From positions 320,001-384,000 of the forward strand of contig CBDDFZ010000002.1 in NCBI GenBank assembly GCA_965227515.1: DNA of 64,000 nucleotides, read 5' to 3'. The translations under genes were made by a program, and so were the position numbers. This DNA comes from Alphaproteobacteria bacterium (lineage in GTDB: Bacteria > Pseudomonadota > Alphaproteobacteria > CALKHQ01). Under the pieces are notes generated by a model that saw only the letters and a program-made list of their open reading frames with translations, was not told the DNA's origin and did no database searches. Numbering within the stretch: the first letter of the stretch is position 1; the number at the start of each line of letters is the position of its first letter. Below are positions 1 to 9,020 of this stretch, one piece after another.

Positions 1-262
1 ACACCGCGATGCGGCATGAGGGGCAGCGCGCGATCTTCTGGCCCTTGCCGCTTTCCGACGGCGTGTCGACCGTCTCGGGCTGTCCGGCCAGCAGTTCGAC
101 GCGGTCGGCCTCGATGATCGCGTTGAGCGCGAACGAGGCGCCGGTTTCGCGCTGGCACCAGCGGCAGTGGCAGCAATGCACGAACATCGGCGGGGTGAGC
201 ATGCGGTAGCGGACGGCGCCGCAGTCGCAGCCGCCGTCCGCCGGAAATCCGCTTCCGGGCAT
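1..262 (-). CDS. GFA/CENP-V family Zn-binding protein (3' end outside the window)
   Basis: Manual translation from ATG at 262: MPGSGFPADGGCDCGAVRYRMLTPPMFVHCCHCRWCQRETGASFALNAMIE...; the GxCxCG and CHCxxCQR motifs are diagnostic. Absent from the ORF track because it is truncated. Confidence 0.9.
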   Translation of the reverse strand, partial: MPGSGFPADGGCDCGAVRYRMLTPPMFVHCCHCRWCQRETGASFALNAIIEADRVELLAGQPETVDTPSESGKGQKIARCPSCRIAV

Positions 263-316
263 AGCGTTAGCTCATCTCCAGCTTCTGCCGAACGGCAACC
301 ACCCATTCCCCTTGTC

Positions 317-405
317 GTCATGCCCGCACTTGTTGCGGGCATCCACGTCTTGTTGGCCGCTTAAGCGGCCATCTCGTGGATGGTCGGGACAAGCCCGACC
401 ATGAC
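317..405. repeat. REP-like three-hairpin element, family A, copy 1
   Basis: GTCATGCCCGCACTTGTTGCGGGCATCCAC...TGGCCGCTTAAGCGGCCA...GTGGATGGTCGGGACAAGCCCGACCATGAC; nearly the reverse complement of 5434-5523 and 28663-28751. Confidence 0.9.
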
Positions 406-452
406 AATCCTTGGGATTAATCCTAGCTACTGATGGCACAAATCGATCATCG

Positions 453-788
453 CTAATATAACCTGCCGCCGTTCGGCACCGGCTTGTCGATGCCGACCAG
501 CGTCACCTCGCCGTCCGCATCGGGAAAGCCGACCACCAGCACTTCGGACATGAACTTGCCGATCTGCTTGGGCGGGAAGTTGACCACGGCGGCGACCTGC
601 CGGCCGACAAGGTCGTCCAACTGGTAGTTCACCGTGATCTGGGCGGATGTCTTGCGGACGCCGATATCAGGCCCGAAGTCGACGCGCAGCTTGTAGGCCG
701 GGCGTCGCGCCTCGGGGAACGGGTCGGCGGCAACGATGGTGCCGACCCGGATGTCCACGGCAAGAAAGTCGTCGAAGCTGATGGTCAT
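453..788 (-). CDS. csaA: CsaA/Trbp111-type tRNA-binding OB-fold protein (export chaperone)
   Basis: ISFDDFLAVDIRVGTI...KTSAQIT...VVNFPPKQIG..SEVLVVG..VPNGGRLY. Confidence 0.92.
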   Translation of the reverse strand: MTISFDDFLAVDIRVGTIVAADPFPEARRPAYKLRVDFGPDIGVRKTSAQITVNYQLDDLVGRQVAAVVNFPPKQIGKFMSEVLVVGFPDADGEVTLVGIDKPVPNGGRLY

Positions 789-842
789 CCGGGCAGTGTG
801 CCGACCGTGGGTCCGGTCGGCAACGGCTAAGCGTTATCGGTT

Positions 843-970
843 TCAGCTTGCGCTGAAGTCTGCGCCGACCGTCGCCCCCATCCAGCATATTCTCGTTGCG
901 CGGCCGGGTGCCCAACGGCAGCGCGGATGCGCTGCCGCAGTGGAAACAGCCGAGGGCTGGTGCCGACTTG
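843..970. repeat. Degenerate copy of palindromic element family B
   Basis: Ends TCAGCTTGCGCTGAAGTCTGCGCC and GAGGGCTGGTGCCGACTTGA match the reverse complement of the ends of 11011-11118; the interior has diverged and contains the hairpin GGCAGCGC-GGAT-GCGCTGCC. Confidence 0.75.
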
Positions 971-983
971 AACGATAAAGCCG

Positions 984-1406
984 CTACTTCTTGGCGGCCG
1001 ACTTGATCTCGTCCATCACCTCGTAGAAGCGCTTGTTCAGAACGTCGAACGCTTCCTGGTTGGACTTGGCGACCATCTCGCTGATCTCGCGCATGTTGGA
1101 GACCGAGCGCTCCATCGCGGTCTTGGCCAGCTCCATCTGCTTGGCGGTCTGCGCCTGCGGGCCGGGCTCGGCCATCACTTCGCGGGTCGCGCCCACGGCC
1201 TGCTCGACGGCCTCGCGGACCACTTCGGTCTGGCGCTGGGCGATCGCCTGCAGGCCCTCGGCGGCGAGCTGCTGCGCCTGGGCAAGCGCCTCGAAGTTGC
1301 GGCGCTGGCTCTCGACCAGGGCGCCCATGTCCATGTTCGGCACGTTCATCTGGCCGAACACCTGGGAGAAGTCGAACTCGAACGGATTGTTGGACTTGCG
1401 TGCCAT
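984..1406 (-). CDS. phaP: Phasin (PHA granule-associated protein)
   Basis: Start re-called at MARKSNNPFEFDF (GGAGGA RBS upstream); MDMGALVESQRRNFEALAQAQQLAAEGLQAIAQRQ is the typical phasin_2 pattern. Confidence 0.88.
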   Translation of the reverse strand: MARKSNNPFEFDFSQVFGQMNVPNMDMGALVESQRRNFEALAQAQQLAAEGLQAIAQRQTEVVREAVEQAVGATREVMAEPGPQAQTAKQMELAKTAMERSVSNMREISEMVAKSNQEAFDVLNKRFYEVMDEIKSAAKK

Positions 1407-1420
1407 GTGGGGATTCCTCC

Positions 1421-1520
1421 GTTGCACCGCGCTCTCGCGGTTATGTTGCACTGCAACACGGCATATAGCCCCGCCTATTGTGCATTGCAACATCGTTCTG
1501 GCTATTTTTTGTGCAACGCA
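1421..1520. promoter_or_regulatory. Array of PhaR-type TGC-N3-GCA operator boxes upstream of the phasin
   Basis: TGTTGCACTGCAACA (1444-1458, palindrome), TTGTGCATTGCAA (1478-1490), GTGCAACGCA (1511-1520); such boxes are established upstream of alphaproteobacterial phaP. Confidence 0.75.
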
Positions 1521-1555
1521 GGTGGGAGGCTCAGTGAGTCGGCAGGCAGCGCCTC

Positions 1556-2164
1556 TCAGCCGGTGGCTTCGGCGGCCGGCTGTGCGTCGGCGCCCCGGTT
1601 GGTCAATCCGGCCCAGGTGCCGGCGCGCCGCAGGTTCTTGTCTAGCGCCGCCATGGTGCGGGCCAGATCGGCGGTGTCGTCGCCCAGCCACACCCTGAGC
1701 GTGGCCAGATAGGCGGCGCCGAGCGCGCGGATGCGCACGGCGCCGGCGACGCCCGTCGTGTCGACCCGCGCGGTCTGCAACGCCCAGCGCATGGAGCGGG
1801 TCAGGGCCGCGGCGGTCGCCAATCCGGTCATCGGCATGGTGGCGCCCTCGCGCACCAGCACGCGGATGGCGCCGCGATAGGGTGCCATTGCGTCAAACCG
1901 TCGCATCAGGGTGTCGAACACCAGATCGTGCGGCGTCTCCGACGTGTCGTCGGGTGTCGCGCCTTCAAGCATCGCGACGTCCATCCGGCGGACGAAACCG
2001 GCCAGGATGGCCGGCTTGGACCGGAATGCCTGATAGAGTTTGTCCAGTGTGATGCCGGCTTCGTCAGCAATGTCGGCCAGGTTCAGGCGCCGCCAGCCGC
2101 CCGCCTCGGCCAGTTTCAGGGCCGCGTCGATGACCTTGCCCTCGATGTCGACTTTTCTCGGCAT
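1556..2164 (-). CDS. TetR/AcrR family transcriptional regulator
   Basis: N-terminal HTH VIDAALKLAEAGGWRRLNLADIADEAGITLDKLYQAFRSK; C-terminal WLGDDTADLARTMAALDKNLRR conserved in this alphaproteobacterial subfamily. Confidence 0.85.
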   Translation of the reverse strand: MPRKVDIEGKVIDAALKLAEAGGWRRLNLADIADEAGITLDKLYQAFRSKPAILAGFVRRMDVAMLEGATPDDTSETPHDLVFDTLMRRFDAMAPYRGAIRVLVREGATMPMTGLATAAALTRSMRWALQTARVDTTGVAGAVRIRALGAAYLATLRVWLGDDTADLARTMAALDKNLRRAGTWAGLTNRGADAQPAAEATG

Positions 2165-2212
2165 GTGGCGATCTCCCTCGTCGGCGGCCCCGCCGGCCTT
2201 GCTCGGATCGGC

Positions 2213-2238
2213 GGAACCCCTAGATCAAGTCAGGTGTT
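2213..2238 (+). promoter_or_regulatory. Possible EcfG/RpoE2 (general stress sigma) promoter upstream of the rpoH-like gene
   Basis: GGAAC-N18-GTT at 2213-2238; rpoH2 is a known EcfG target in alphaproteobacteria. It lies about 250 bp from the start codon, so this is uncertain. Confidence 0.35.
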
Positions 2239-2490
2239 TTCAGAGCAGCCTGCCGGCCGTTCCCATCATGTGCCGGCACGGTGGCGACGGCGCACGACAC
2301 ACCAAATCGTGCGTCCGATGTGGCCGAATTGCGTCTGGCACCTTCGTGAAAGATTTGGTTAAGAATATGTCTCTACGCCAGATCTGGCGTCAAAGTGCCA
2401 CGGTGCCGATGCCGGCCGGGCCGCGTGAGAGCGACGCGGGTTCCGCCGTTTCGGCCAACCCACGGGTCAACTGATTTCGGGCCAAATGGA

Positions 2491-3432
2491 ATGACGTCCG
2501 ACATTGCTTCGACCGCGACATCGCCCCGACCGGAAAGCGGCCTTGGCGCGCTTGTGACAAGCGCGATCAAGCAACCGTTCCTGTCGCCCGAGGAAGAGCT
2601 GGACCTTGCGAGCCGGGCCCAGAACGGCGACCCGGTGGCGCTGGACCTGTTGATCAAGAGCCACCTGCGGTTCGTCGTTGCCCAGGCCAAGCGCTATGCG
2701 CCGTTCGGAGTGCCGGTCGCCGACCTGGTGCAGGAGGGCTCGATCGCCCTGACCCAGGCGGTGCGCCGGTTCAACCCGGAAGAGGGCGTCCGGCTCGCCA
2801 CCTATGCGCGCCAGTGGGTGCGCAACGCCATGCAGGACTATTCGGTGCGCAACTGGTCGCTGGTTCGCGTCGGCGCCGGTGCGCGGCAGCGTCGCCTGTT
2901 CGTCGCGCTGCGCAAGATGGCGGCCGACCTGCGCGATGGCGCCGATGCGTTGTGGGCCGATGCCCTGAACAGCGAGGCGGTGACCCGGCTGGCGCGGCAG
3001 TTCGAGGTGCCGGCCCGCGAGGTCATGGCCCTGGCGCGTCGCATTGGCCATACCGATCTGGCGCTGTCGCAGCCGGCGGCCGCTGGTGCCTATGAAGACG
3101 CGGACGATGCCGACACCGTGGAAGACACGCTGGCCGACGACCTGCCGACGCCGGAGGACCACGCCGCCGCGCAGTCGGAACATACCTTCCTGCGCGGTGC
3201 CATCGGTGCGGCGCTGGCCAAGCTCGACCCGCGTGAGCGCCTGATCGTCGACCGCCGGCATTTCACCGAGGCAGTGGCCAGCTTCGCGACCATCGGCCGG
3301 GAGTTGGGCCTTTCCAAGGAACGGGTGCGGGTGCTGGAGAAGCGCGCGATGGACAAGCTGCGGGCGCACCTTGAGCCATTGCGCGGCAAGGCGCATGAGC
3401 TGTTTCCCAGTTTCGGCGCCGCCTCCGCCTGA
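2491..3432 (+). CDS. rpoH: RNA polymerase sigma-32 family factor (RpoH2-like, divergent)
   Basis: FLSPEEELDLA, SHLRFVV, DLVQEG, RFNPEEGVRLATYA, RpoH-box-like QRRLFVALR, region 4 ELGLSKERVRVLEKRAMDKLR. Confidence 0.85.
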   Translation: MTSDIASTATSPRPESGLGALVTSAIKQPFLSPEEELDLASRAQNGDPVALDLLIKSHLRFVVAQAKRYAPFGVPVADLVQEGSIALTQAVRRFNPEEGVRLATYARQWVRNAMQDYSVRNWSLVRVGAGARQRRLFVALRKMAADLRDGADALWADALNSEAVTRLARQFEVPAREVMALARRIGHTDLALSQPAAAGAYEDADDADTVEDTLADDLPTPEDHAAAQSEHTFLRGAIGAALAKLDPRERLIVDRRHFTEAVASFATIGRELGLSKERVRVLEKRAMDKLRAHLEPLRGKAHELFPSFGAASA

Positions 3433-3435
3433 CCC

Positions 3436-3930
3436 TCAATCCTTTCTGATCCGGGCCACCTGGCCGCCGGTCAGCGCGACAAGCTGATCGGGCGTCAGCG
3501 GAAACACCGCGTTCGGGGTGCCGCCCGCGGCCCAGATCTCATCGAACTTTCGCAGGTCCTGGTCGATCAGGGTGATCGGCGGCGTCGCGTGGCCCACCGG
3601 CGGCACACCGCCGATGGCGTATCCGGTGTGCCGGCGCACGAAGTCGGCATCGGCGCGGCCGATTTTCTCGCCGACGATGCGGGCGACCGCTTTCTCGTCG
3701 ACACGGTTCGCGCCGCTGGCGATCACCAGGACTGGCCTGTCAGATGCCTTGGCGCGGAAGATCAGCGACTTGGCGATCTGCGCCACCGTGGTGCCGATGG
3801 CCGCTGCCGCGTCGGCCGACGTGCGCGTGCTGTCGTCGAAGGTGACGATGCGATTGGTGAGCCCGCGTTCGGCGAGTGCGGCCTGGACGCGCGCGGCGGA
3901 CGCCGGCAGCGCCGTATCGTCGTCGCTCAT
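3436..3930 (-). CDS. YbaK/EbsC aminoacyl-tRNA deacylase family protein
   Basis: TRTSADAAAAIG..QIAKSLIF..TGYAIGGVPPVGH..IWAAGGTPNAVF; ATG overlaps the proC stop. Confidence 0.9.
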   Translation of the reverse strand: MSDDDTALPASAARVQAALAERGLTNRIVTFDDSTRTSADAAAAIGTTVAQIAKSLIFRAKASDRPVLVIASGANRVDEKAVARIVGEKIGRADADFVRRHTGYAIGGVPPVGHATPPITLIDQDLRKFDEIWAAGGTPNAVFPLTPDQLVALTGGQVARIRKD

Positions 3931-4760
3931 CCGGCAAGCTCGCGCGAGCGCGCGGTTGCGGCGGCCACCGCCTCGCGCATCAGGTCCGGCAGGCCATCGC
4001 CGTCGCGCATCAGCACGTTCAGGGCCGCAGCCGTGGTGCCACCGGGGCTGGTGACGTTGCGGCGCAAGATCTCCGGCGGGTCGTCGGACGCGGTGGCCAG
4101 CGCACCGGCGCCGTCCACCGTCGCCTCGGCCAATTGCAGCGCCAGCTCGGCGGGCAGGCCGGCCTCGATGCCAGCGGCCGTCATCGCCTCGATCAGCAGG
4201 AACACATAGGCCGGGCCGCTGCCGGACACCGCCGTCACCGGGTCCATCAGCGCCTCGTCCTCGACCCATGCCACCTGGCCGACCGCGCCCAGCAGGCGGC
4301 TGGCAATGGCGCGCTGCGGTTCGGACACACGGGGGTTGGCGACCAGCACCGTCATGCCGCGCCCGATGGCGGCCGGCGTGTTCGGCATCGCGCGGATGAT
4401 CGCCGTATCGCTGCCCACCGCCCCGGCCAGCACCGCGATGGTGGTGCCGGCGGCAATCGACAGCACGCAGGCATTGGCGGCGACGGCGGCATAGGCCGGC
4501 GCGACGTCGCCCATCACCTGGGGCTTCACCGCCAGCACGATCATGTCGGGAGGGGCACCATCGCCCAGTCCATCCGCGGAGGGCAGGTGGCGGATGCCGC
4601 GGCCCGCCAAGCCTTCGGTCGCCGGGTTCTCCGGCTCGATCACGCTCACCTGGCGCGGCGGCAGGCCATCGTTCAGCCAGCCCTCGAGCAGGGCCTGGCC
4701 CATCCTGCCATAGCCGACCAGCACCAGGTGGTTCGGCCAGGGCGCCGTGTCGTTAGCCAT
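3927..4760 (-). CDS. proC: Pyrroline-5-carboxylate reductase
   Basis: GYGRMG, LAVKPQ, SIAAG, RAMPNTP, TAVSGSGPAY, VTSPGGTT. Confidence 0.97.
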   Translation of the reverse strand: MANDTAPWPNHLVLVGYGRMGQALLEGWLNDGLPPRQVSVIEPENPATEGLAGRGIRHLPSADGLGDGAPPDMIVLAVKPQVMGDVAPAYAAVAANACVLSIAAGTTIAVLAGAVGSDTAIIRAMPNTPAAIGRGMTVLVANPRVSEPQRAIASRLLGAVGQVAWVEDEALMDPVTAVSGSGPAYVFLLIEAMTAAGIEAGLPAELALQLAEATVDGAGALATASDDPPEILRRNVTSPGGTTAAALNVLMRDGDGLPDLMREAVAAATARSRELAG

Positions 4761-4769
4761 AGATGCGCG

Positions 4770-5273
4770 CTATGCCTCGCCGACGGTTTCCAGCATCGAG
4801 GCCTCGATCGCGCTGGCGGCGGACTTGCCGCCCCAGACCACGAACTGGAACGCCGGGTAGAACCGCTCGCATTCCACCAGCGAGATGTCGATCAGGTCTT
4901 CCATCTGCTCGACGCTGACACCGTTGCCGCCGCGCATCAGTGCGGTGTGGCGATAAAGCACCAGTCCGTCGTCCTCGCCGATATCGAAGTGGCCGACCCA
5001 GAGCTGTTCGTTGACCACCGCCAGCAGCTCGAACACCGCCTGGCGGCGCTGCCGCGGGACCTTCATGTCGAATGCGCAGGAGTAGTGCAGCGCCCCCAGC
5101 TCGATGCTCCAGGCGAAGTAGATCCGGTAGTCGCACCACTGGCCCGAGATCTCGGCGACCAGCTCATCGTCGCCGTTTCGCTGGTGCGCCCAGTCGTTGG
5201 CATGCACCAACTCCTCGGCAAGATCGATCGGGTTCATCAGGGGTTCGGATGAGAATTCGAGCGCGGCCGACAT
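4770..5273 (-). CDS. YbjN domain protein
   Basis: NPIDLAEE...GQWCDY...VNEQLWVGHFD...ECERFYPAFQFVVWGGKS...LETVGEA; conserved proC neighbour. Confidence 0.88.
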   Translation of the reverse strand: MSAALEFSSEPLMNPIDLAEELVHANDWAHQRNGDDELVAEISGQWCDYRIYFAWSIELGALHYSCAFDMKVPRQRRQAVFELLAVVNEQLWVGHFDIGEDDGLVLYRHTALMRGGNGVSVEQMEDLIDISLVECERFYPAFQFVVWGGKSAASAIEASMLETVGEA

Positions 5274-5433
5274 GAGGGCAACTCCGTGCTGGCACTCCGA
5301 TTCGCGCAATCTACGAGATATTGTGCGTCGGCGCTATCACGGCACTAGGTCGGACGGCTAAGCGATTGATTCAAGGTCGAGTCGGGGTTGCGCGAATGCA
5401 ACAGTGGGTCAGGCCTTTGTCATAATACACTGT

Positions 5434-5523
5434 GTCATGCTCGGGCTTGACCCGAGCATCCACGAGGATGGCCGCTTGAGCGGCCAAGAAGGCGTGGATG
5501 CCCGCAACAAGTGCGGGCATGAC
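5434..5523. repeat. REP-like three-hairpin element, family A, copy 2
   Basis: GTCATGCTCGGGCTTGACCCGAGCATCCACGAGGATGGCCGCTTGAGCGGCCAAGAAGGCGTGGATGCCCGCAACAAGTGCGGGCATGAC. Confidence 0.9.
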
Positions 5524-5544
5524 GAAGATGGAATAAATGCTGCC

Positions 5545-5844
5545 TTAGTAATCCTTCGGCGTTTTCGCGGTGCGGCTGCGGGCGGGCTTCTTCTTCAGGG
5601 CGGCGATTTCCTTCTTCAGCGCCGCGACCTCCTCGGTCAGCCGCTCCTGTTCGGCGCGGGCGTTGGCCGCCATCTCGTGGACCGCGTCCAGCTCCTCGCG
5701 GGTGACCAGGTTCATCTCGCCCATCAGCCGGGCCAGCCGCGCGCGCACCTGGTCGCGCGCCTCCGAGCGCATATCGTTGAGCGTGCCGGCAGCCCCGCCG
5801 GCCAGCCGCGCCAGATCGTCGATGATGCGTCCGTCGCCGCGCAT
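5545..5844 (-). CDS. ubiK: UbiK/BMFP family accessory factor
   Basis: Start MRGDGRIIDDLARL after GGAGG; MNLVTREELDAVHEMAANARAEQERL coiled-coil signature. Confidence 0.85.
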   Translation of the reverse strand: MRGDGRIIDDLARLAGGAAGTLNDMRSEARDQVRARLARLMGEMNLVTREELDAVHEMAANARAEQERLTEEVAALKKEIAALKKKPARSRTAKTPKDY

Positions 5845-5981
5845 GATGCCTCCGTGCGTCCGGTCGATGCGTCCTTGCTCGACCGGCAACCTCAATATAT
5901 CACCGGGCGCCACTATATCACCGCGCGAGGCGGCATGACCAACCACCGTTCGATCTCCCCAGCCATGACCACGCGCGCATC

Positions 5982-6959
5982 ATGATCCTGATCACCGGCG
6001 GTGCCGGCTTCATCGGCTCCAACATCGCGGCGGCACTCGACCGCGCCGGGCGGGAGATCGCGATCTGCGACCGGTTGGGCGACGGCGACAAGTGGCGCAA
6101 CATCGCCAAGCGCGTCCTGGCGGCCGTTGTGGCGCCGCCGGACCTGGACCGGTTCCTGGCCGGCCCGCCGGCCGATGTCGATGCGGTGGTCCACATGGGC
6201 GCGATCTCGGCGACCACCGAGACCGACGCCGACCTGATCGTCGCCACCAATCTGACCCTCAGCCAGCGGCTTTGGACGTGGTGTGCCACCCACGAGGTGC
6301 CGCTGATCTATGCGTCATCGGCGGCCACCTATGGCGACGGCGCGGCCGGCTTCGACGACGACGAGCAGCGGCTGCCGGCGCTCAGGCCCCTCAACCCCTA
6401 TGGCTGGTCGAAGCTGGCGTTCGACCGCTTCGTGATGCGCCAGGTGCGCGAGGGGCGGCCGTGCCCGCCGCAATGGGCCGGGCTGAAGTTCTTCAACGTC
6501 TACGGCCCGAACGAGTATCACAAGGGCGGGATGCGCAGCGTGGTGCACCAGGTGCACGGCCGGGTGCGCGGCGGCGGGCCGGCGCGCCTGTTCCGCTCGC
6601 ACCGTCCCGACTTTGCCGACGGCGGCCAGATGCGCGATTTCGTGTTCGTCGACGATTGCGTCGCGGTCGTGCAATGGCTGCTCGATAGCCCCGCCGTCAG
6701 CGGGCTGTTCAACCTGGGCAGCGGCACGGCGCGCAGTTTCCTGGACCTGGCCAACGCCGTTTTTGCCGCGCTGGGCCGACCGCCGGAGATCGAGTTCGTC
6801 GATACGCCGGTGGAAATCCGCGACCGCTACCAGTATTTCACCGAGGCGCCGCTTGGCCGCCTGCGCGCGGCGGGTTACACCGCGCCGACGACGGTATTGG
6901 AGGACGGTGTGGCGCGCTACGTCCGAGACTATCTGGAAGCGGACGACCCCTACGTGTGA
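5982..6959 (+). CDS. hldD: ADP-L-glycero-D-manno-heptose 6-epimerase
   Basis: ITGGAGFIGSN, HMGAISATTE, YASSAATYG, PLNPYGWSK, FFNVYGPNEYHKG, YQYFTEA. Confidence 0.95.
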   Translation: MILITGGAGFIGSNIAAALDRAGREIAICDRLGDGDKWRNIAKRVLAAVVAPPDLDRFLAGPPADVDAVVHMGAISATTETDADLIVATNLTLSQRLWTWCATHEVPLIYASSAATYGDGAAGFDDDEQRLPALRPLNPYGWSKLAFDRFVMRQVREGRPCPPQWAGLKFFNVYGPNEYHKGGMRSVVHQVHGRVRGGGPARLFRSHRPDFADGGQMRDFVFVDDCVAVVQWLLDSPAVSGLFNLGSGTARSFLDLANAVFAALGRPPEIEFVDTPVEIRDRYQYFTEAPLGRLRAAGYTAPTTVLEDGVARYVRDYLEADDPYV

Positions 6960-7053
6960 CCGCTGCCGTGTGGGCGGCGGCGACTTTGATATAGTCCGGC
7001 GCGATTCGCCCGGCCCCTAACGCCTTTGGCAAACCAGGACGCGGAACGACTTC

Positions 7054-7899
7054 ATGGAATGCGGCATCATCGACCCGGTCGCGGTCGATCTGGGTTTCCT
7101 GCAGGTCCGCTGGTACGCGCTGGCCTACATCGTCGGCATCCTGATCGGCTGGCGCTATGTGGTCTGGCTGTCCAAGCAGCCGCCCCGGTTCATGGAGCAG
7201 CGCCAGGTCGACGACTTCCTGCTGTGGGCGACGCTTGGCGTCGTGCTGGGCGGCAGGCTGGGCTACGTGCTGTTCTACAAGCCCGGCTACTACCTGGAGA
7301 ACCCGGTCGAGATTCCGATGCTGTGGACCGGCGGCATGTCGTTCCATGGCGGCATGCTGGGCGTGGTGCTGGCGCTGGTGCTGTTCGCGCGCTACCGCAA
7401 GCTGCCGCTGATGCGGCTGGCCGACGCAGTGGCCTGCGCGGTGCCGATCGGGCTCTTCTTCGGCCGCGTCGCCAACTTCATCAACGGCGAGCTGTTCGGC
7501 CGCGCCAGCGATGTCTCCTGGGCCATCGTCTTCCCGTGTGATCCCGAGCAGGTGGCCCGCCACCCGAGCCAGCTCTATCAGGCGTTCCTGGAAGGCGTGG
7601 TGCTGCTGATCGTGCTGGCGGTGATCCGCTCCCGCTCCGAGGCGTGGCTGCGCCCGGGTGCGATGACCGGCATCTTCCTGATCGGCTATGGCATCGCGCG
7701 TATCATCGGCGAGTTCTTCCGCATGCCCGACGCGCACCTGGGCTTCCTGGTCGGCGACTTCCTGACCATGGGCATGATCCTGTCGCTGCCGATGATCGCG
7801 GTCGGCAGCTTCTTCGTCATGCGCGCCTATCGCCGCCCGGCGCTGGACCGCAACGCCGACACCACGCCCAGTGCCAAGTCAGGTGCCAAGAAAGCGTGA
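7054..7899 (+). CDS. lgt: Prolipoprotein diacylglyceryl transferase
   Basis: VRWYALAY, GGRLGYVLFY, GGMSFHGG, GRVANFINGELFGR, RHPSQLY. Confidence 0.97.
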   Translation: MECGIIDPVAVDLGFLQVRWYALAYIVGILIGWRYVVWLSKQPPRFMEQRQVDDFLLWATLGVVLGGRLGYVLFYKPGYYLENPVEIPMLWTGGMSFHGGMLGVVLALVLFARYRKLPLMRLADAVACAVPIGLFFGRVANFINGELFGRASDVSWAIVFPCDPEQVARHPSQLYQAFLEGVVLLIVLAVIRSRSEAWLRPGAMTGIFLIGYGIARIIGEFFRMPDAHLGFLVGDFLTMGMILSLPMIAVGSFFVMRAYRRPALDRNADTTPSAKSGAKKA

Positions 7900-9005
7900 G
7901 CGCGCCCGGGTTCACGCCTGACCCGACCGACAACCCGCTGGCGGCGGCCATCGCCGTCGAGGTGGCGGCGAAGGGGCCGATGCGGCTCGACCGCTACATG
8001 GCGCGGGTGTCGGCCGGCGATGCTTGGGCGTACTACCGCACTCGCGCGGCGGTGGGCGCGGGCGGCGACTTCATCACCGCACCCGAGATCAGCCAGATCT
8101 TCGGCGAGCTGGTGGGTGCCTGGTGCGCCGACCGATGGCAGGCGATGGGCGCGCCGGACTCGGTGAGCCTGGTCGAACTCGGCCCCGGCCGCGGCGTGCT
8201 GATGGACGATGCGCTGCGCACGATACAGGCGGTCGCGCCGCCATGTGCCGATGCGGTGCGGCTGCACCTGGTGGAGCGCAGCGCGCCCCTGATCGAGATG
8301 CAACGCGCGAGACTGGGCAGCCGGTCGCCGGCATGGCACGACACGTTGGCCGATGTGCCGGCGGGCCCGGCCATCGTGGTCGCCAACGAGTTCGTCGATG
8401 CGCTGCCGATCCGCCAGTTCCGCAGCACCGACCAGGGCTGGCAGGAGAGGGCGGTCGGGCTCGGCGAGGGCGATGCGCTGCAGCTGGTCTGGGTGCCTGC
8501 CGACGCAAGCGACATGCCCGACCTGCCGGTCAGGGGCACGCCTGAAACGGGCACGGTCATCGAGGCAGCACCCGAGCGCGCGGCGCTGGTGGCCGAGATT
8601 GCCGCGCGCGTGTCAGCCGGCGACGGTGCGGCACTCATCGTCGACTATGGCTACCGGGCAAGCGGGCCGGGCGACAGCCTGCAGGCGGTGCGCGGCCACC
8701 AGCCGGCACGGGTGACCGACGACCCCGGCCGCGCCGACGTGACAGCCCATGTCGACTTCGGCGCATTGGCCCGCGCGGCGGCGGATGCCGGGGCGCGTGT
8801 CGACGGGCCGGTCGACCAGGGCCGCTGGCTGCTCAACCTGGGTGCCGCGGCGCGGCTGGAGGCGCTGGTCCGCGCCAACCCGGGCCAGGAGCAGGCGTTG
8901 CGCACCGGGCTGGAGCGGCTGGTCGACACCGACGAGATGGGCCATCTGTTCCAGGTGATGGCCGTGTCCGCGCCGAACCTGTCACCCGCACCCGGATTCA
9001 ATTGA
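7896..9005 (+). CDS. SAM-dependent methyltransferase, MidA/NDUFAF7 family
   Basis: GDFITAPEISQIFGE, LVELGPGRG, ANEFVDALP, DYGY, DVTAHVDF, MGHLFQV; GTG overlaps the lgt stop. Confidence 0.92.
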   Translation: MSAPGFTPDPTDNPLAAAIAVEVAAKGPMRLDRYMARVSAGDAWAYYRTRAAVGAGGDFITAPEISQIFGELVGAWCADRWQAMGAPDSVSLVELGPGRGVLMDDALRTIQAVAPPCADAVRLHLVERSAPLIEMQRARLGSRSPAWHDTLADVPAGPAIVVANEFVDALPIRQFRSTDQGWQERAVGLGEGDALQLVWVPADASDMPDLPVRGTPETGTVIEAAPERAALVAEIAARVSAGDGAALIVDYGYRASGPGDSLQAVRGHQPARVTDDPGRADVTAHVDFGALARAAADAGARVDGPVDQGRWLLNLGAAARLEALVRANPGQEQALRTGLERLVDTDEMGHLFQVMAVSAPNLSPAPGFN

Positions 9006-9020
9006 TGGGCTTCAACTGAG

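Noticed and set aside
2345-2365. CtrA box upstream of the rpoH-like gene
   Set aside because: Only one good half-site (TTAACCA on the minus strand); the second half reads TTTC.
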